From: an uncultured Gemmatimonadales bacterium
Lineage (GTDB): Bacteria > Gemmatimonadota > Gemmatimonadetes > Longimicrobiales > Gaopeijiaceae
Reading direction: 5' to 3'
Assembly: GCA_963823035.1 (NCBI GenBank)
Contig: CAWGKG010000014.1
Span: 544,001-608,000, forward strand
DNA: 64,000 bases
Positions 18,969 through 30,788 of the stretch are shown piece by piece (the first letter of the stretch is position 1; every line of letters starts with the position of its first letter). Position numbers and translations under genes: made by a program. The notes under the pieces are model-generated. The model saw nothing but the letters and a program-made list of their open reading frames with translations. It did no database searches and was not told the DNA's origin.

Positions 18969-19005
18969 CGTTGAGATCCGCAACAGGCTGTGTGATTTTT
19001 CATCA
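18969..19005. promoter_or_regulatory. Candidate enhancer (UAS) sites
   Basis: CGTTGAGATCCGCAACA (18969-18985), same motif as 17985-18023, plus a weaker TGTGTGATTTTTCATCA (18989-19005). Confidence 0.5.
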
Positions 19006-19072
19006 GTTGCCTGCAACGAACCACACCTTCGAGCGGACGCCGCACCTCCGGCTCCCGCGAACGACACCGGCC

Positions 19073-20734
19073 ATGGTCGCGCGGCTCAAGACCCTGCTCT
19101 CCTCCCTCGCAGCGCGTCTTCTGGTGCCCCTCTTCCTGACGGTCGGCGTCGTGCTCACCGTGCACGCCCTGGTCAGCTTCGGCTCGATCAAGGACCACTT
19201 CCTCTCCCTCGTCGGGGGCGAGGCCCAGCGCTCCAGCAGCCTGATCCGTCGTGCCACGCACGACGGCATGCTCCTGAACCGCCTCGACGAGGTGCAGGCC
19301 ACGATCGAGCGCCTCGCAGAGGGCCCCGAGGTGGCGGCCATCCGCGTCTACGACAAGACCGGAGAGGTCGTCCTGTCGAGCGACCGGCGCGAGATCGGCT
19401 TCCACATCCCGGTGGACGCCGACCCCTGCACGCGCTGCCATCAGGTGGGGCCGCATTCGGACACCGTGGCCACGGAGGCCGCAGAGGTGGTGCAAGCGTC
19501 CGGTGGCGAGGTGCTGCGCCGCCTGACCGTGATCGAGAACGAGCCGGCCTGCTCCACCGGCGGGTGCCACACCGAGGCCGCGACGCACTCGGTGCTGGGC
19601 GTCCTGGACGTGGAGATGTCGACGCTTCCCGTGCAGGGTGCCGTGCGCAGCGCCCGCATGCACATCGTGTGGACGACCTTCGTGCTCATCATCGTGATCG
19701 GGATCGTGGCGGCGGTCATGTTCCGCCGGCTCATCGATCAGCCGATCGCACGCCTCCAGGAGGGTACGCGGCGCATCGCGGGTGGCGACCTCGATACCCG
19801 CATCGACGTGCGGGGCGGCCACGAGCTGGCCCGCCTGGCCGGCGACTTCAACCGGATGGCGGAGGATCTGAGCCGCGCCAAGAACCAGCTCACCGAGTGG
19901 TCGCACACCCTCGAGGAGAAGGTCGAGGTGAAGCGGGAGGAGCTGCGCAAGGCGCAGAGCCAGGTCCTCCACATGGAGAAGATGGCGTCCCTCGGGAAGC
20001 TATCCGCCACGGTCGCCCACGAGCTCAACAACCCCATCAGCGGGATGCTCACGTACGCCCGCCTGGTGGAGCGGGAGCTGGTCGAGCAGCCGCTGGACGC
20101 CGACGTGCGTCCCGAGCTCGAGCGCTACCTGCGCCTGATCCAGCAGGAGTGCACGCGTTGCGGCGCGATCGTGAAGAACCTCCTCGTCTTCGCGCGGCGC
20201 ACGGGCGGCGACATGGCCTCGGTGGACGTGAACGAGGTGGTCGACCGCAGCCTGATGCTGGTGCGCCACCGACTCGACATGGGCGGGACGGAGCTGCACA
20301 CGCGCTTCCTCGAGGGTGACGCGCACGTGGTGGCGGACCCGGGCCAGGTGCAGCAGGCGCTGGTCGCCCTCCTGGTCAACGCGGTGGAGGCGATGGGCGA
20401 GGGTGGCGCGCTGAACGTGAGCGTGGAGGGGGACCGCGACGGCGTCCGCATCGTCATCCAGGACACCGGTCCCGGCATCGCGCCCGATGTCCTCCCGATG
20501 ATCTTCGAGCCGTTCTTCTCGACCAAGGACAGCGAGAGCGGCGTGGGCCTCGGCCTCGCCGTCGTGTACGGCATCGTGCATCGGCACGGCGGCACGATCG
20601 AAGTCGCGTCGGACGTGGGCGTCGGCACGACCTTCCACCTCCGCTTCCCGCGCATCCCTCCCGCGGAGAGCCTGGCGAAGGCCGAGCGGGAGCGCCTGCC
20701 CGAACCCTTGCTGCCCGACCCGGTGAGCCGATAG
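19073..20734 (+). CDS. HAMP-domain sensor histidine kinase with periplasmic heme-c motifs
   Basis: Two TMs flanking CTRCH and CSTGGCH; HAMP; H-box VAHELNNP; N-box LLVNAVEA; DTGPGI, FEPFFSTK, GVGLGL. Confidence 0.92.
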   Translation: MVARLKTLLSSLAARLLVPLFLTVGVVLTVHALVSFGSIKDHFLSLVGGEAQRSSSLIRRATHDGMLLNRLDEVQATIERLAEGPEVAAIRVYDKTGEVVLSSDRREIGFHIPVDADPCTRCHQVGPHSDTVATEAAEVVQASGGEVLRRLTVIENEPACSTGGCHTEAATHSVLGVLDVEMSTLPVQGAVRSARMHIVWTTFVLIIVIGIVAAVMFRRLIDQPIARLQEGTRRIAGGDLDTRIDVRGGHELARLAGDFNRMAEDLSRAKNQLTEWSHTLEEKVEVKREELRKAQSQVLHMEKMASLGKLSATVAHELNNPISGMLTYARLVERELVEQPLDADVRPELERYLRLIQQECTRCGAIVKNLLVFARRTGGDMASVDVNEVVDRSLMLVRHRLDMGGTELHTRFLEGDAHVVADPGQVQQALVALLVNAVEAMGEGGALNVSVEGDRDGVRIVIQDTGPGIAPDVLPMIFEPFFSTKDSESGVGLGLAVVYGIVHRHGGTIEVASDVGVGTTFHLRFPRIPPAESLAKAERERLPEPLLPDPVSR

Positions 20735-20746
20735 GAGACGCACGAC

Positions 20747-22093
20747 ATGACGTCGAAGGAGACGAGCATCCTGGTCGTCGACGACGAGTACTCCGTGCGC
20801 GACTCGCTGCAGAGCTGGTTCCGCAAGGACGGCTATCAGGTCCGCATCGCGGAGAACGCCGAGGAGGCGCTGAAGGCCGTGGCAGAGGCCGCGTTCGACG
20901 TCGCGGTCGTGGACGTGCGCATGCCGGGGATGGACGGCGTACAGCTCCAGGAACACCTGCACCAGGCCGACCCCCGCATGGAGGTCATCATGATCACCGC
21001 CTTCGCCTCGGTGGAGACGGCGGTGCGCAGCCTGAAGCAGGGCGCGTTCGACTACGTGTCGAAGCCGATCGACCCGGACGAGCTGAGCCACCTGGTGCGC
21101 CGTGCCCTGGAGCGCCGGCGGCTGCGCGAGGAGAACCTGCAGCTGCGCGGGACGATCGACGAGTTCGTGGCCGGCGATACGATCGTCGGCGAGAGCCCGC
21201 CGATGCGGAAGGTCATGGAGCTGGCCGAGCACGTGGCGAAGACCGACGCAACGGTCCTCATCCGGGGGGAGAGCGGCACGGGCAAGGAGCTCATCGCGCG
21301 GGCCATCCACGCCAACAGCCGTCGGCGCTACGCCCCGATCATCGCGGTCAACTGCGGCGCCCTCCCGGAGACACTGCTGGAGAGCGAGCTGTTCGGGCAC
21401 GAGAAGGGAGCGTTCACCGGGGCACAGTACCGGCGGAAGGGCCGCCTGGAGATGGCCGACGGTGGCACTCTCTTCCTCGACGAGGTCGGCTCGATCAGCG
21501 CGAAGACGCAGGTGGACCTGCTGCGCGTGCTCGAGACGAAGGAGTTCACGCGCCTCGGCGGGACACGCTCGGTCGAGGTCGATTTCCGCGTGATCTGCGC
21601 CACGAACGAGGACCTCGAGAAGGCCGTGGAGAACGGCACCTTCCGCGAGGACTTCTACTACCGCATCAACGTCTTCACGATCGAAGCGCCGCCGCTGCGG
21701 TCGCGCCGCTCGGACATCCCGATGCTGGCCGAGCACCTCCTGAAGCGCTTCGCGCGCCAGATGGACACGCGCATCCGGGGGATCAGCCCGAAGGCGATGG
21801 CGGTCCTCACCACGTGGGACTGGCCCGGCAACGTGCGCGAGCTGTCCAACGCGATCGAGCGTGCCATGGTGGTGGGCGCGGAGGAGACGATCCAGCCCGA
21901 GGACCTGCCCGTGCGCATCGGGTCCCGGCGGAGCGGCAACGGCCAGCCCGACTCCCTCGCGGAGGTCGAGCGCCGCCACATCAGCGCGGTCCTCGACCGC
22001 ACGGACTGGAACATCACGCACTCGGCCGAGATCCTCGGCATCGACCGCGTGACCGTCTACAACAAGATCAAGAAGTACGGGCTCACGCGCTGA
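20747..22093 (+). CDS. NtrC-family sigma54-dependent response regulator
   Basis: Receiver (VVDDE, DVRMP), GESGTGKE, GAFTGA, WPGNVREL, C-terminal Fis-type HTH. Confidence 0.95.
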   Translation: MTSKETSILVVDDEYSVRDSLQSWFRKDGYQVRIAENAEEALKAVAEAAFDVAVVDVRMPGMDGVQLQEHLHQADPRMEVIMITAFASVETAVRSLKQGAFDYVSKPIDPDELSHLVRRALERRRLREENLQLRGTIDEFVAGDTIVGESPPMRKVMELAEHVAKTDATVLIRGESGTGKELIARAIHANSRRRYAPIIAVNCGALPETLLESELFGHEKGAFTGAQYRRKGRLEMADGGTLFLDEVGSISAKTQVDLLRVLETKEFTRLGGTRSVEVDFRVICATNEDLEKAVENGTFREDFYYRINVFTIEAPPLRSRRSDIPMLAEHLLKRFARQMDTRIRGISPKAMAVLTTWDWPGNVRELSNAIERAMVVGAEETIQPEDLPVRIGSRRSGNGQPDSLAEVERRHISAVLDRTDWNITHSAEILGIDRVTVYNKIKKYGLTR

Positions 22094-22127
22094 GCTCGTA
22101 GGAGGGGTCAAATCCCCCTACAGGAAG

Positions 22128-22195
22128 TCCTCTGCGTCCTCTGCGTCCTCTGTGGTGAACAGCTTCACCACAGAGGACGCAGAGGACGCAGAGGA
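22128..22195. repeat. Perfect 32-bp inverted repeat containing internal 9-bp repeats (REP-like element / bidirectional terminator)
   Basis: tcctctgcgtcctctgcgtcctctgtggtgaa-cagc-ttcaccacagaggacgcagaggacgcagagga between convergent genes. Confidence 0.85.
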
Positions 22196-22196
22196 T

Positions 22197-22409
22197 CTAG
22201 GATCGGTGCTGCGCGGCATCCTCCCGATGGATACCCGTCCACCGCAGGATGTCCTCCATGAGGCACCACCGCGTCAGCGCCGACTGGAACAGGTTCACGC
22301 CGACGAAGGCGGTGAAGAGGAGCCACCAGGGGCTCACCCACCATCCCAGCGCCAGGGAAACCAGGATCAACGTACCGGCGATCAGCCGGATCTTGTGGTG
22401 CAGGCTCAT
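22197..22409 (-). CDS. DUF2892 (YgaP-like) membrane protein
   Basis: IRLIAGTLIL...FVGVNLFQSALTRWCLMEDIL. Confidence 0.85.
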   Translation of the reverse strand: MSLHHKIRLIAGTLILVSLALGWWVSPWWLLFTAFVGVNLFQSALTRWCLMEDILRWTGIHREDAAQHRS

Positions 22410-22425
22410 GGGACTCCGTTGAGGA

Positions 22426-22746
22426 TCAGGCGTTCTGGGTGGATGTCGGCAGGCCGGACGTGACCACCTTCTCGACGTCGACCTGCCACGCGTGGATCGG
22501 GTGGGTGGCGTCCTTGCAGCCGGTGCAGGCGGAGATGGCCGCCATCAGCTCCCCGGCCTTCTGGACGGAGAGGAATACCAGCAGCATGCGCGAGCGGTAG
22601 GGCGCCACCTTCCCGTACCACCCCGCGGTGCCCAGGCCGTGGCCCTCGACCGGAAGCTCGCTGTACGCCGCGACCTCGTGCTGGTCGAGGAGCTGCCGGA
22701 CCCCCGGCTCGTCGTCTTCGAGGTACATCAGGATCACGAGCTTCAT
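22426..22746 (-). CDS. Small RND-associated protein, P-II-like/PG0541-like
   Basis: 106 aa, MKLVILMY...[10 protein letters not shown]...[11 protein letters not shown], translationally coupled to the RND gene; family assignment is by resemblance only. Confidence 0.6.
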   Translation of the reverse strand: MKLVILMYLEDDEPGVRQLLDQHEVAAYSELPVEGHGLGTAGWYGKVAPYRSRMLLVFLSVQKAGELMAAISACTGCKDATHPIHAWQVDVEKVVTSGLPTSTQNA

Positions 22747-25700
22747 GCTTCACCTCGCCGCTTCATGAGGAAGTAGATCCCCGGCACGACAACCAGGGAG
22801 AGGATGGTCGAGGCGACCGAGCCCGCGATCAGGGCCACGGCCAGCCCCTGGAAGATCGGATCGAAGAGGATCACCACGGCGCCGATCACCACGGCGCCGG
22901 CCGTGATCACGATCGGGCGTGTACGCACCGCCCCGGCCTCGATGATGGCCTCGGTGAGCGGGACGCCGGCTTCCAGGCGTGCCTCGAGGTAGTCGATGAG
23001 CAGGATCCCGTTTCTCACCATGATCCCGGCCAGCGCGATCATGCCGATCATCGAGGTCGCCGTGAAGAACGCCCCTGCGAGCAGGTGGCCCGGCGCGATC
23101 CCGATCAGCGTCAGGGGAATCGCGGCCATCATCACGAGCGGCGTCGTGAGCGACCCGAACCACCCGACGATCAGCACGTAGATCAGCACGAGCGCACCGG
23201 CGAAGGCCATGCCCAGGTCGCGGAACACCTCGTACGTGATCTGCCACTCGCCGTCCCACTTCATCACCGGCCGATCCGTCGCGGCAGGCTGCCGCGCGAA
23301 GAGGCGACCGAGCGGCGCGTCGCCCGCGACGCGGATCGAGTCCAGCCCGTTCTCCATGTCGAGGATCGCGTAGACCGGGCTCTCCTCGCTTCCCGGCGAC
23401 CTCCGCCATGACGTAGACCACGCGCTTGCCGTTCTTGCGGTCGATCACCTGTGGGCGGGTGGCCTCGACGACGCGCACCAGCTCGCCGACCGGCACCATC
23501 CCACCGGACATCGAGGCCACCGGGATGCGCTCCAGGCGACGCTCGCCCGAGCGGTCGGCCTCGGCCACCTGGACACGCACCGGCACCGCCGTGCGCGACT
23601 CGGGAGCCGACAAGTGGGTGACCACCTGCCCCGCCAACGCGAGACGAAGAGCGCCGACGGCCTGCTCCTTGGCCACGCCCGAGAGCGCCGCCTTCTCGGC
23701 GTCGACCTCCATGCGCAGTTCGCGCTGCGGCGCCGTGAGGGACCAGTCGACGTCGACCACGCCCTCCTGCGCCTTGAAGCGGTCCATCACCTCATGCGCC
23801 ACGCGTTCGCGCTCGGCCCCGTCGTCGCCATAGATCTCGGCCACGAGCGTGGACAGCACCGGCGGGCCCGGCGGCACCTCCACCACCTTCGCGCTCGCCT
23901 CGAGCCCCGAGCACGCGACGATCGAGTCCACGATCGGACGCAGCGCGCGCGCCACGTCGTGGCTCTGCGCCTTCCGCTCGCCCTTGTCCACCAGGTTCAC
24001 CTGCAGGTCGGCCACGTTCGGGCCCTGCCGCAGGTAGTAGTGGCGGATCATCCCGTTGAAGTTGAAGGGCGCGGCCACGCCCGCGTACATCTGCACGTCG
24101 GCTACTTCCGCGACGGCCGCGACGGCCCTGCCCACGTCGCTGGCGAGCGCCAGCGTGGACTCGAGCGGCGTGCCCTCGGGCAGATCGAGGATGACCTGCA
24201 CCTCGTTCTTGTCGTCGAAGGGGAGCATCTTCACCTGCACCCAGCGGGTCAGGAACATCCCTCCGGCTCCGACCAGGAGCACCACCACCGTCGCCAGCGC
24301 ACCCCACATCGCCGCCGGACGGGCGAGCAGCGGCCGCATGAGCGATGCGTACAGGCGATAGATCTTCGTCTTCTCGAGCGCGTACGCCTCACCCTCGCCG
24401 TGCGCGTGCGCGCCGGCGAGCAGCTTGAACGCCAGCCAGGGCGTGATCGTCAGCGCCACGGCGAGGGAGAACAGCATCGCCACCGTGGCGCCGACCGGCA
24501 TCGGGCTCATGTACGGCCCCATCAGCCCGCGCACGAACAGCATGGGCAGCACCGCCGCGATCACGGTGAGCGTGGCCAGGATCGTCGGATTGCCCACCTC
24601 GTCCACGGCGGCGCGCGCTGCGGCCCGGAGGGGCCGGTCCCGCATGCTGAAGTGCCGCTCCATGTTCTCGGCCACGATGATCGAGTCGTCCACCACGATG
24701 CCGGTGACGAAGATCAGGGCGAACAGCGTCACCCGATTGAGCGTGTAGCCCAGGATCTGGTAGACGAAGAGCGTGAGCGCGAAGGTCAGCGGCACCGACA
24801 CCATCACGACCAGCGCGCTCCGCCACCCCATCGTCAGCAGGATGATGAACCCGACCGAGAGAACGGCCAGGAGGAGGTGCTCCTGAAGGGTGAGGACCTT
24901 GTGTCGGGCGGTCTCGCCGTAGTTGCGCGTGACCTCCACGGCCACGTTGTCCGGCACGAGGCGCCCCTGGGCCTCCTCGAGACGGGCCTCGAGCGCCCGC
25001 CCCACTTCGGTCGCGTCGGCGCCGGGACGCTTGGAGACCGCAAGCGAGACCATCGGGATCCAGTCGCCCCGCTCACCCGACTGGAAGGTGTACTGGCTCA
25101 CCTCGGACGGCCCGTCGACCACGGTGGCCACGTCGCGCACCTGCACGAGGGCGCCGTCGCGGACGTCGAGCACCACGCGCGCCACGTCGTCCGCGTCCGC
25201 CAGGAAGGAGCCCGCCATGACGCGGACCACCTGATCGTCGTGCGTGTAGGTGCCCGCCTCGGTCTCCATGTTCTCGCCGCCGAGCCGCTGAGCGACACGC
25301 GACGGGTCGATTCCGTACGCGGACAGGCGCTCCGGGTCGAGCTCGACGCGCACCTCGCGCGGATAGCCTCCCACGACCTGCACGTCGCGCACGTCCGGGA
25401 CGGCCTCGAGCTCGACACGCATCTCGTCGGCGAGGCGGCGGAGCGCGGCGCCGTCCATCCCGCCGCCGTACAGCGCCGCCGTGAAGAACGGCACGTCGTC
25501 GATCGTCACGGTCTTCACCAGGGGAAACTGCAGCCCCGGCGGCATCCGGTCCGCGTTCTTGAGCAGCGTGCTGTAGAGCTGGACCAGGCTCTGCTCCATG
25601 TCCCGGCCCACCTCGTAGCGCACCGTCACGAGCCCGAAGCCGGGCTCGGCGTGGCTGTACACGTACTCCACGCCCTCGATGCCGGAGAGCACGTTCTCCA

Positions 25701-25914
25701 GCGGCACCAGCACGCGGTTCTCGACCTCCGCCGGCGTGGCGCCGGGCAGAGGGAGGTACAGGTCCGCGAGCGGCACGATGATCTGCGGCTCCTCCTCGCT
25801 CGGCATCGTCGAGACGGTCCACGCCCCGAGACCCAGCGCCGCGACCATCAGGAGGGGGGTGAGCTTCGACTCGAGGAAGACGCCGGCCAGGCGGCCCGCC
25901 AGGTTCTCCTTCAC
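22743..25914 (-). CDS. RND efflux permease (AcrB family), frameshift near 23390
   Basis: [52 protein letters not shown]. Confidence 0.92.
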
Positions 25915-26972
25915 CGGTCCACCTCCCCACCCACGGTGGTGTCGGTGCCGGGCGCACCCCACGGCTCCTGGCTGGTGTTCGACACCGGCCGCCCGTCGAA
26001 GAGCTCGGCGACGGGCCGCCGCACGACCCCGTTCAGCCCCACGGGTCCGGACAACAGCTCGACCGCGTCGTCCCTGCGCTGACCGAGGCGCACCCACCGC
26101 AACCGCACCGTGTCGGACTCGACCGCGTAGACGCCGGTGAGCTGCCCTCGGTCGACCACCGCGTCGACGGGAACCCACCGCGGCCCCTCACCCTCTCGCT
26201 GGACCTCCAACCGGCCGTACGCGCCGGGCACCAGGCCGGTCGTCGAACCCTCGAAGGCGGCCTCCACCCGGAAGGTGCGGCTCCCCTCTCCCAGCGCGGG
26301 TACCACGCGCGTGACCCGCACGGAGAGGGTGGCGTCGCCGATGCGCAGCCGCACGCTCCGCCCCACCTCCAGCGATCCTGCACGGCTGGCGGGGAGCTCG
26401 GCCACGACCTTCAGAGCGCCCGGCGCCATCACGGTCAAGAGGGGACGTCCCGGAACGGCCAGGTCGCCGGGGTCGGCCATGCGCCGCGTGACCACCCCGT
26501 CGAACGGAGCCGTCACCGTCGCGTAGGCACCCTGCGCATCGGCCTCGGTGCGTTGGGCGCGGGCACCCTCGAGCGCGGCCGCGACCTGGTCCAGCTCCTG
26601 CTGGGAAGCGGCCCCGTCGCGATGCAGGTTCTCGACCCTCTGGAAGGTGCGGGCCGCCAGCTCCTCCTGGGCGCGTGCGGCCCCGACGCGGGCCTGGATG
26701 TCGGCGGCGTCCAGTGCCACCAGCGGGTCACCACGGTGCACGCGGGCACCCACGTCCACCAGGACGCGCTCGACCGTGCCGCTCATCCGGGTGGCCAGGT
26801 CCGCCGTGCGCTCCGAGACCACCCTGGCGGGGAAGCTCTCCACCGCGGGGGCCCGCCGAACCGCGGACACGGTCACGGCGACCGGCTCGGCGCTCATCGG
26901 CAGCCGCCCGGGCTCGTCCGCCGCGCAGGCCGCCACGACCAGCGTGGCGGCAATCGTGATCACTCGCTTCAT
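25911..26972 (-). CDS. RND periplasmic adaptor (membrane fusion protein)
   Basis: Lipobox VAAC; SGTVERVLVDVG, VTAPFDGVV. Confidence 0.9.
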   Translation of the reverse strand: MKRVITIAATLVVAACAADEPGRLPMSAEPVAVTVSAVRRAPAVESFPARVVSERTADLATRMSGTVERVLVDVGARVHRGDPLVALDAADIQARVGAARAQEELAARTFQRVENLHRDGAASQQELDQVAAALEGARAQRTEADAQGAYATVTAPFDGVVTRRMADPGDLAVPGRPLLTVMAPGALKVVAELPASRAGSLEVGRSVRLRIGDATLSVRVTRVVPALGEGSRTFRVEAAFEGSTTGLVPGAYGRLEVQREGEGPRWVPVDAVVDRGQLTGVYAVESDTVRLRWVRLGQRRDDAVELLSGPVGLNGVVRRPVAELFDGRPVSNTSQEPWGAPGTDTTVGGEVDR

Positions 26973-28307
26973 CGGTCCATACCCCCGTCGAGGTCGTTGT
27001 CGTTCGTGTCGGTGAGGAAGGTCAGGCGCGCGAGCGCCAGGTGGAGCGAAAGCCGGATGTTGACGGCCTGCGTCAGCAGGTCGGCGGACCGCGCCTCGGC
27101 CCCCAGCAGCTCGGAGGTGGTCGTGAGCCCCTCCTCGAAGCGTCGGCGCATGAGGCGGGCGGCCTCCGCAGCCGCGTCTGCCGCCGCCTGCGCGGCGGTG
27201 GAGCCCTGGCGGGCGGCTTCGACGCCCCTGCGCGCCTCGCCGAGCTCCGCCTCCGCCTCCCGCACCCGCTGCTCGTACTCGATACGGGCGGCGTCGCGCA
27301 TCGAGGCGGCCGCCCGCTCCTGAGCGGTGATCTTGAAGCCCGTGAAGAGCGGTACGCGCACCTGGAAGCCCACCGTCCAGTCGTGCTCCGCCCCCGAGAA
27401 CGCCTCGGCGGAATGCGTCTCCAGCCGGGCGAACCCTTCCACCCGGGGGAGTCGGGCTCGGCGCACCTGCGCCAGCCGCGCCTCCGAGGCCCGCACGCCC
27501 GCCTCCGAAGCCATCAGGTCCGGGCGGGCCGTGACGTCCCCGGCGCCGGCACCCCGATCCGCGAAGGTGGTGTCCACCGGCACCGGAACGGCACCCGCGG
27601 GCCAGCCCATGGCAACGGCCAGTCGGACACGAGCGTCGGTGAGGCCGCGCTGGGCGTCGATCCGACGTGCGCGGGCGCCCTCGAGCGCAGCACGGGCCTG
27701 CAGGAGGTCCGCGTCCGTGAGCATCCCCTGATCACGACGACGACTCGTCAGGTCCTCGTTCGCCTGCGCTGCGGTGAGGGCGGCCTCCACCGCGGCCAGC
27801 CGCCACTCGGCACCCACGGCCTCCAGGTAGCGCACCTCCGCCCGGAACGCGGCGGCACGGGACGCCCACTCCGCGCCGAGTCCGGCGGCGTCCGCCTCGG
27901 CCGACGCCGCGCGGTAGCCGGCGTCCGCGCTGAAGTCCACCGGGGCCCACATCGGCACCCACCGCCCCGGACCAGTCCGTGAGCGCGTCCGGGTGATTGA
28001 GCGCGGCCGGGTCGAAGTCCTGCTGCGAGAAGCGCGCCTGACGCAGCCGCCCGCCGAACGCGGCGACCGGATCGTCGGAGCGGACCATGCCCGCTTCGAC
28101 GCCCACGGTCGGCCAGAGGAAGGAGGAGGAGGCGCGGCGACCCTGGCGGGCGGCCTCGGCCCGCGCCCTGGCCACCTGCGCGTCGGCGCTTCCGGTCCGC
28201 GCTTCCGCGACGGCCTCGGAGAGCGTGATCGGCCGCTCCTGCGCCTGGATCGGCGTGACGCGGATCCCGAGCAGGCACAGCGCGAGCTCTAACATTAGTC
28301 TATACAT
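26969..28307 (-). CDS. TolC-family outer-membrane factor, frameshift near 27955
   Basis: ITLSEAVAEA, WTVGFQVRVPLFTG, RRFEEGLTTTSELLGAE; start uncertain (28307 or 28295). Confidence 0.85.
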
Positions 28308-28366
28308 ATTTTCATATGTGTTGGATGCGAGAAAAGCCGCCCAGGATGGCGGCTCCGTTTCCTTCT

Positions 28367-28672
28367 TCAGCAGTTCGCCTGACGCACGCAGGACAGGACC
28401 TTCAAGGCGCGCTCGTCTCCGATGCTGTAGTAGACGTGGACGCCATCCTTGCGGCGAAGGAGGATGCCCTTGTCCCACATGGTGGTGAGGTGCTGCGAGG
28501 CCACGGCCTGCTCCACGCCGAGCGCCTCGTAGATCTCCGTCACCGTCGCCTCACCGCCCCTCTCGAGCACGTCGAGGATGCGCAGGCGCAACGGATGCCC
28601 GAGGCACCGCAGGACGTGGGCCGTGTTCTCCACCTCGCCGTCCGTCAGGGTCTTGTCCATCTCGGTCGCCAT
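28367..28672 (-). CDS. ArsR/SmtB-family regulator
   Basis: LRCLGHPLRLRIL...VASQHLTTM...VYYSI; GGAGGAG RBS. Confidence 0.9.
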   Translation of the reverse strand: MATEMDKTLTDGEVENTAHVLRCLGHPLRLRILDVLERGGEATVTEIYEALGVEQAVASQHLTTMWDKGILLRRKDGVHVYYSIGDERALKVLSCVRQANC

Positions 28673-28791
28673 CTTCTCCTCCACCCCCGAGTCAATGAGA
28701 TATAGATATTACTATGTGTTGATGGGAAGTCAAGGGTGAGCGCTTGGGGTGTGGCGGGTACGGCGGTGGCGGACGCCGGGGCTGCCGGCTG

Positions 28792-29631
28792 CTAGTTGGC
28801 CCGGTGGCGCTTGGAGACCTCGTCGAGCAGCCTGAGCTCGTCGGGAGTCAGGGACGACATTCCCTCGGCGGAGATCTTGTCCAGCACGCGGTCCACGGCA
28901 TCGTAGAGCGCCTGGTCTTCCTTCCCCTGCCGGCCGCCGCTCGCCTTGCGGGCGCTCGCGCGCTCGTCGCGGTCGGCGCGCGGCACGATGGCGAGGCGCC
29001 TCGCCTTCACGGCCTGGGCGACGTGCTTCACGCGCTTGCCGCTGCGCAGGTCGCTCTTCAGGTAGATGAAGCCGGTGACGAGGCCGCCGAGGTGCGCGAA
29101 GTGCGCGATGCCGCCGCCGGCCGAGCCGTCGAAGGCGCTCAGGAGGCTGACGATGAAGAAGAAGGCCACCAGCCACTTCGCCTTCACGGGGAAGATGCCG
29201 AAGACGTAGATCGGGGCGTCCGGCCAGTTCATCGCGAAGGCCAGCATGATCCCGTAGATCGCCGCGGAGGCGCCGATCACCGTCGCCGGGAGGAAGAGGT
29301 AGCTGAGGGCGACGCCGCCCAGCCCGCAGATCACGTAGTACTTGAAGAACTCCCTCCCGCCCCACCGGCTCTCCAGCGGAGGTCCGAAGAAGAAGAGGAA
29401 GAGCATGTTCATCGCGACGTGCATCAAGCCGCCGTGGATGAACATGTACGTGAACACGCCCCAGGGGCGGATGAAGATCCGCGTGGGCTGGAAGGCGAAC
29501 CAGTCGACGGCGAGGCGCCCGGCGCCCGGCACCAGCATGACGGCGAACACCGCCACGTTGGCGATCAGCAGCCGCTTCACCACGGGGGTGAGCATGCCGC
29601 CGAATCCGAAGCTCCTGGTCGAATACGCCAT
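28792..29631 (-). CDS. Rhomboid-family intramembrane serine protease
   Basis: TYMFIHGG..HVAMNM, IGASAA, AHFAHLGG; C-terminal VDRVLDKIS...SL domain. Confidence 0.9.
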   Translation of the reverse strand: MAYSTRSFGFGGMLTPVVKRLLIANVAVFAVMLVPGAGRLAVDWFAFQPTRIFIRPWGVFTYMFIHGGLMHVAMNMLFLFFFGPPLESRWGGREFFKYYVICGLGGVALSYLFLPATVIGASAAIYGIMLAFAMNWPDAPIYVFGIFPVKAKWLVAFFFIVSLLSAFDGSAGGGIAHFAHLGGLVTGFIYLKSDLRSGKRVKHVAQAVKARRLAIVPRADRDERASARKASGGRQGKEDQALYDAVDRVLDKISAEGMSSLTPDELRLLDEVSKRHRAN

Positions 29632-29735
29632 CGCCGAACCCGTTCTTCCTTCCCTCGGGGAGAGGTCTGTCAAAACCCCCACCGTCGCGGCAGGTTCCGG
29701 CCGCCCGGTGAGGGCGGTTCAACGCCACATGGAAC

Positions 29736-30788
<1,053 letters not shown>

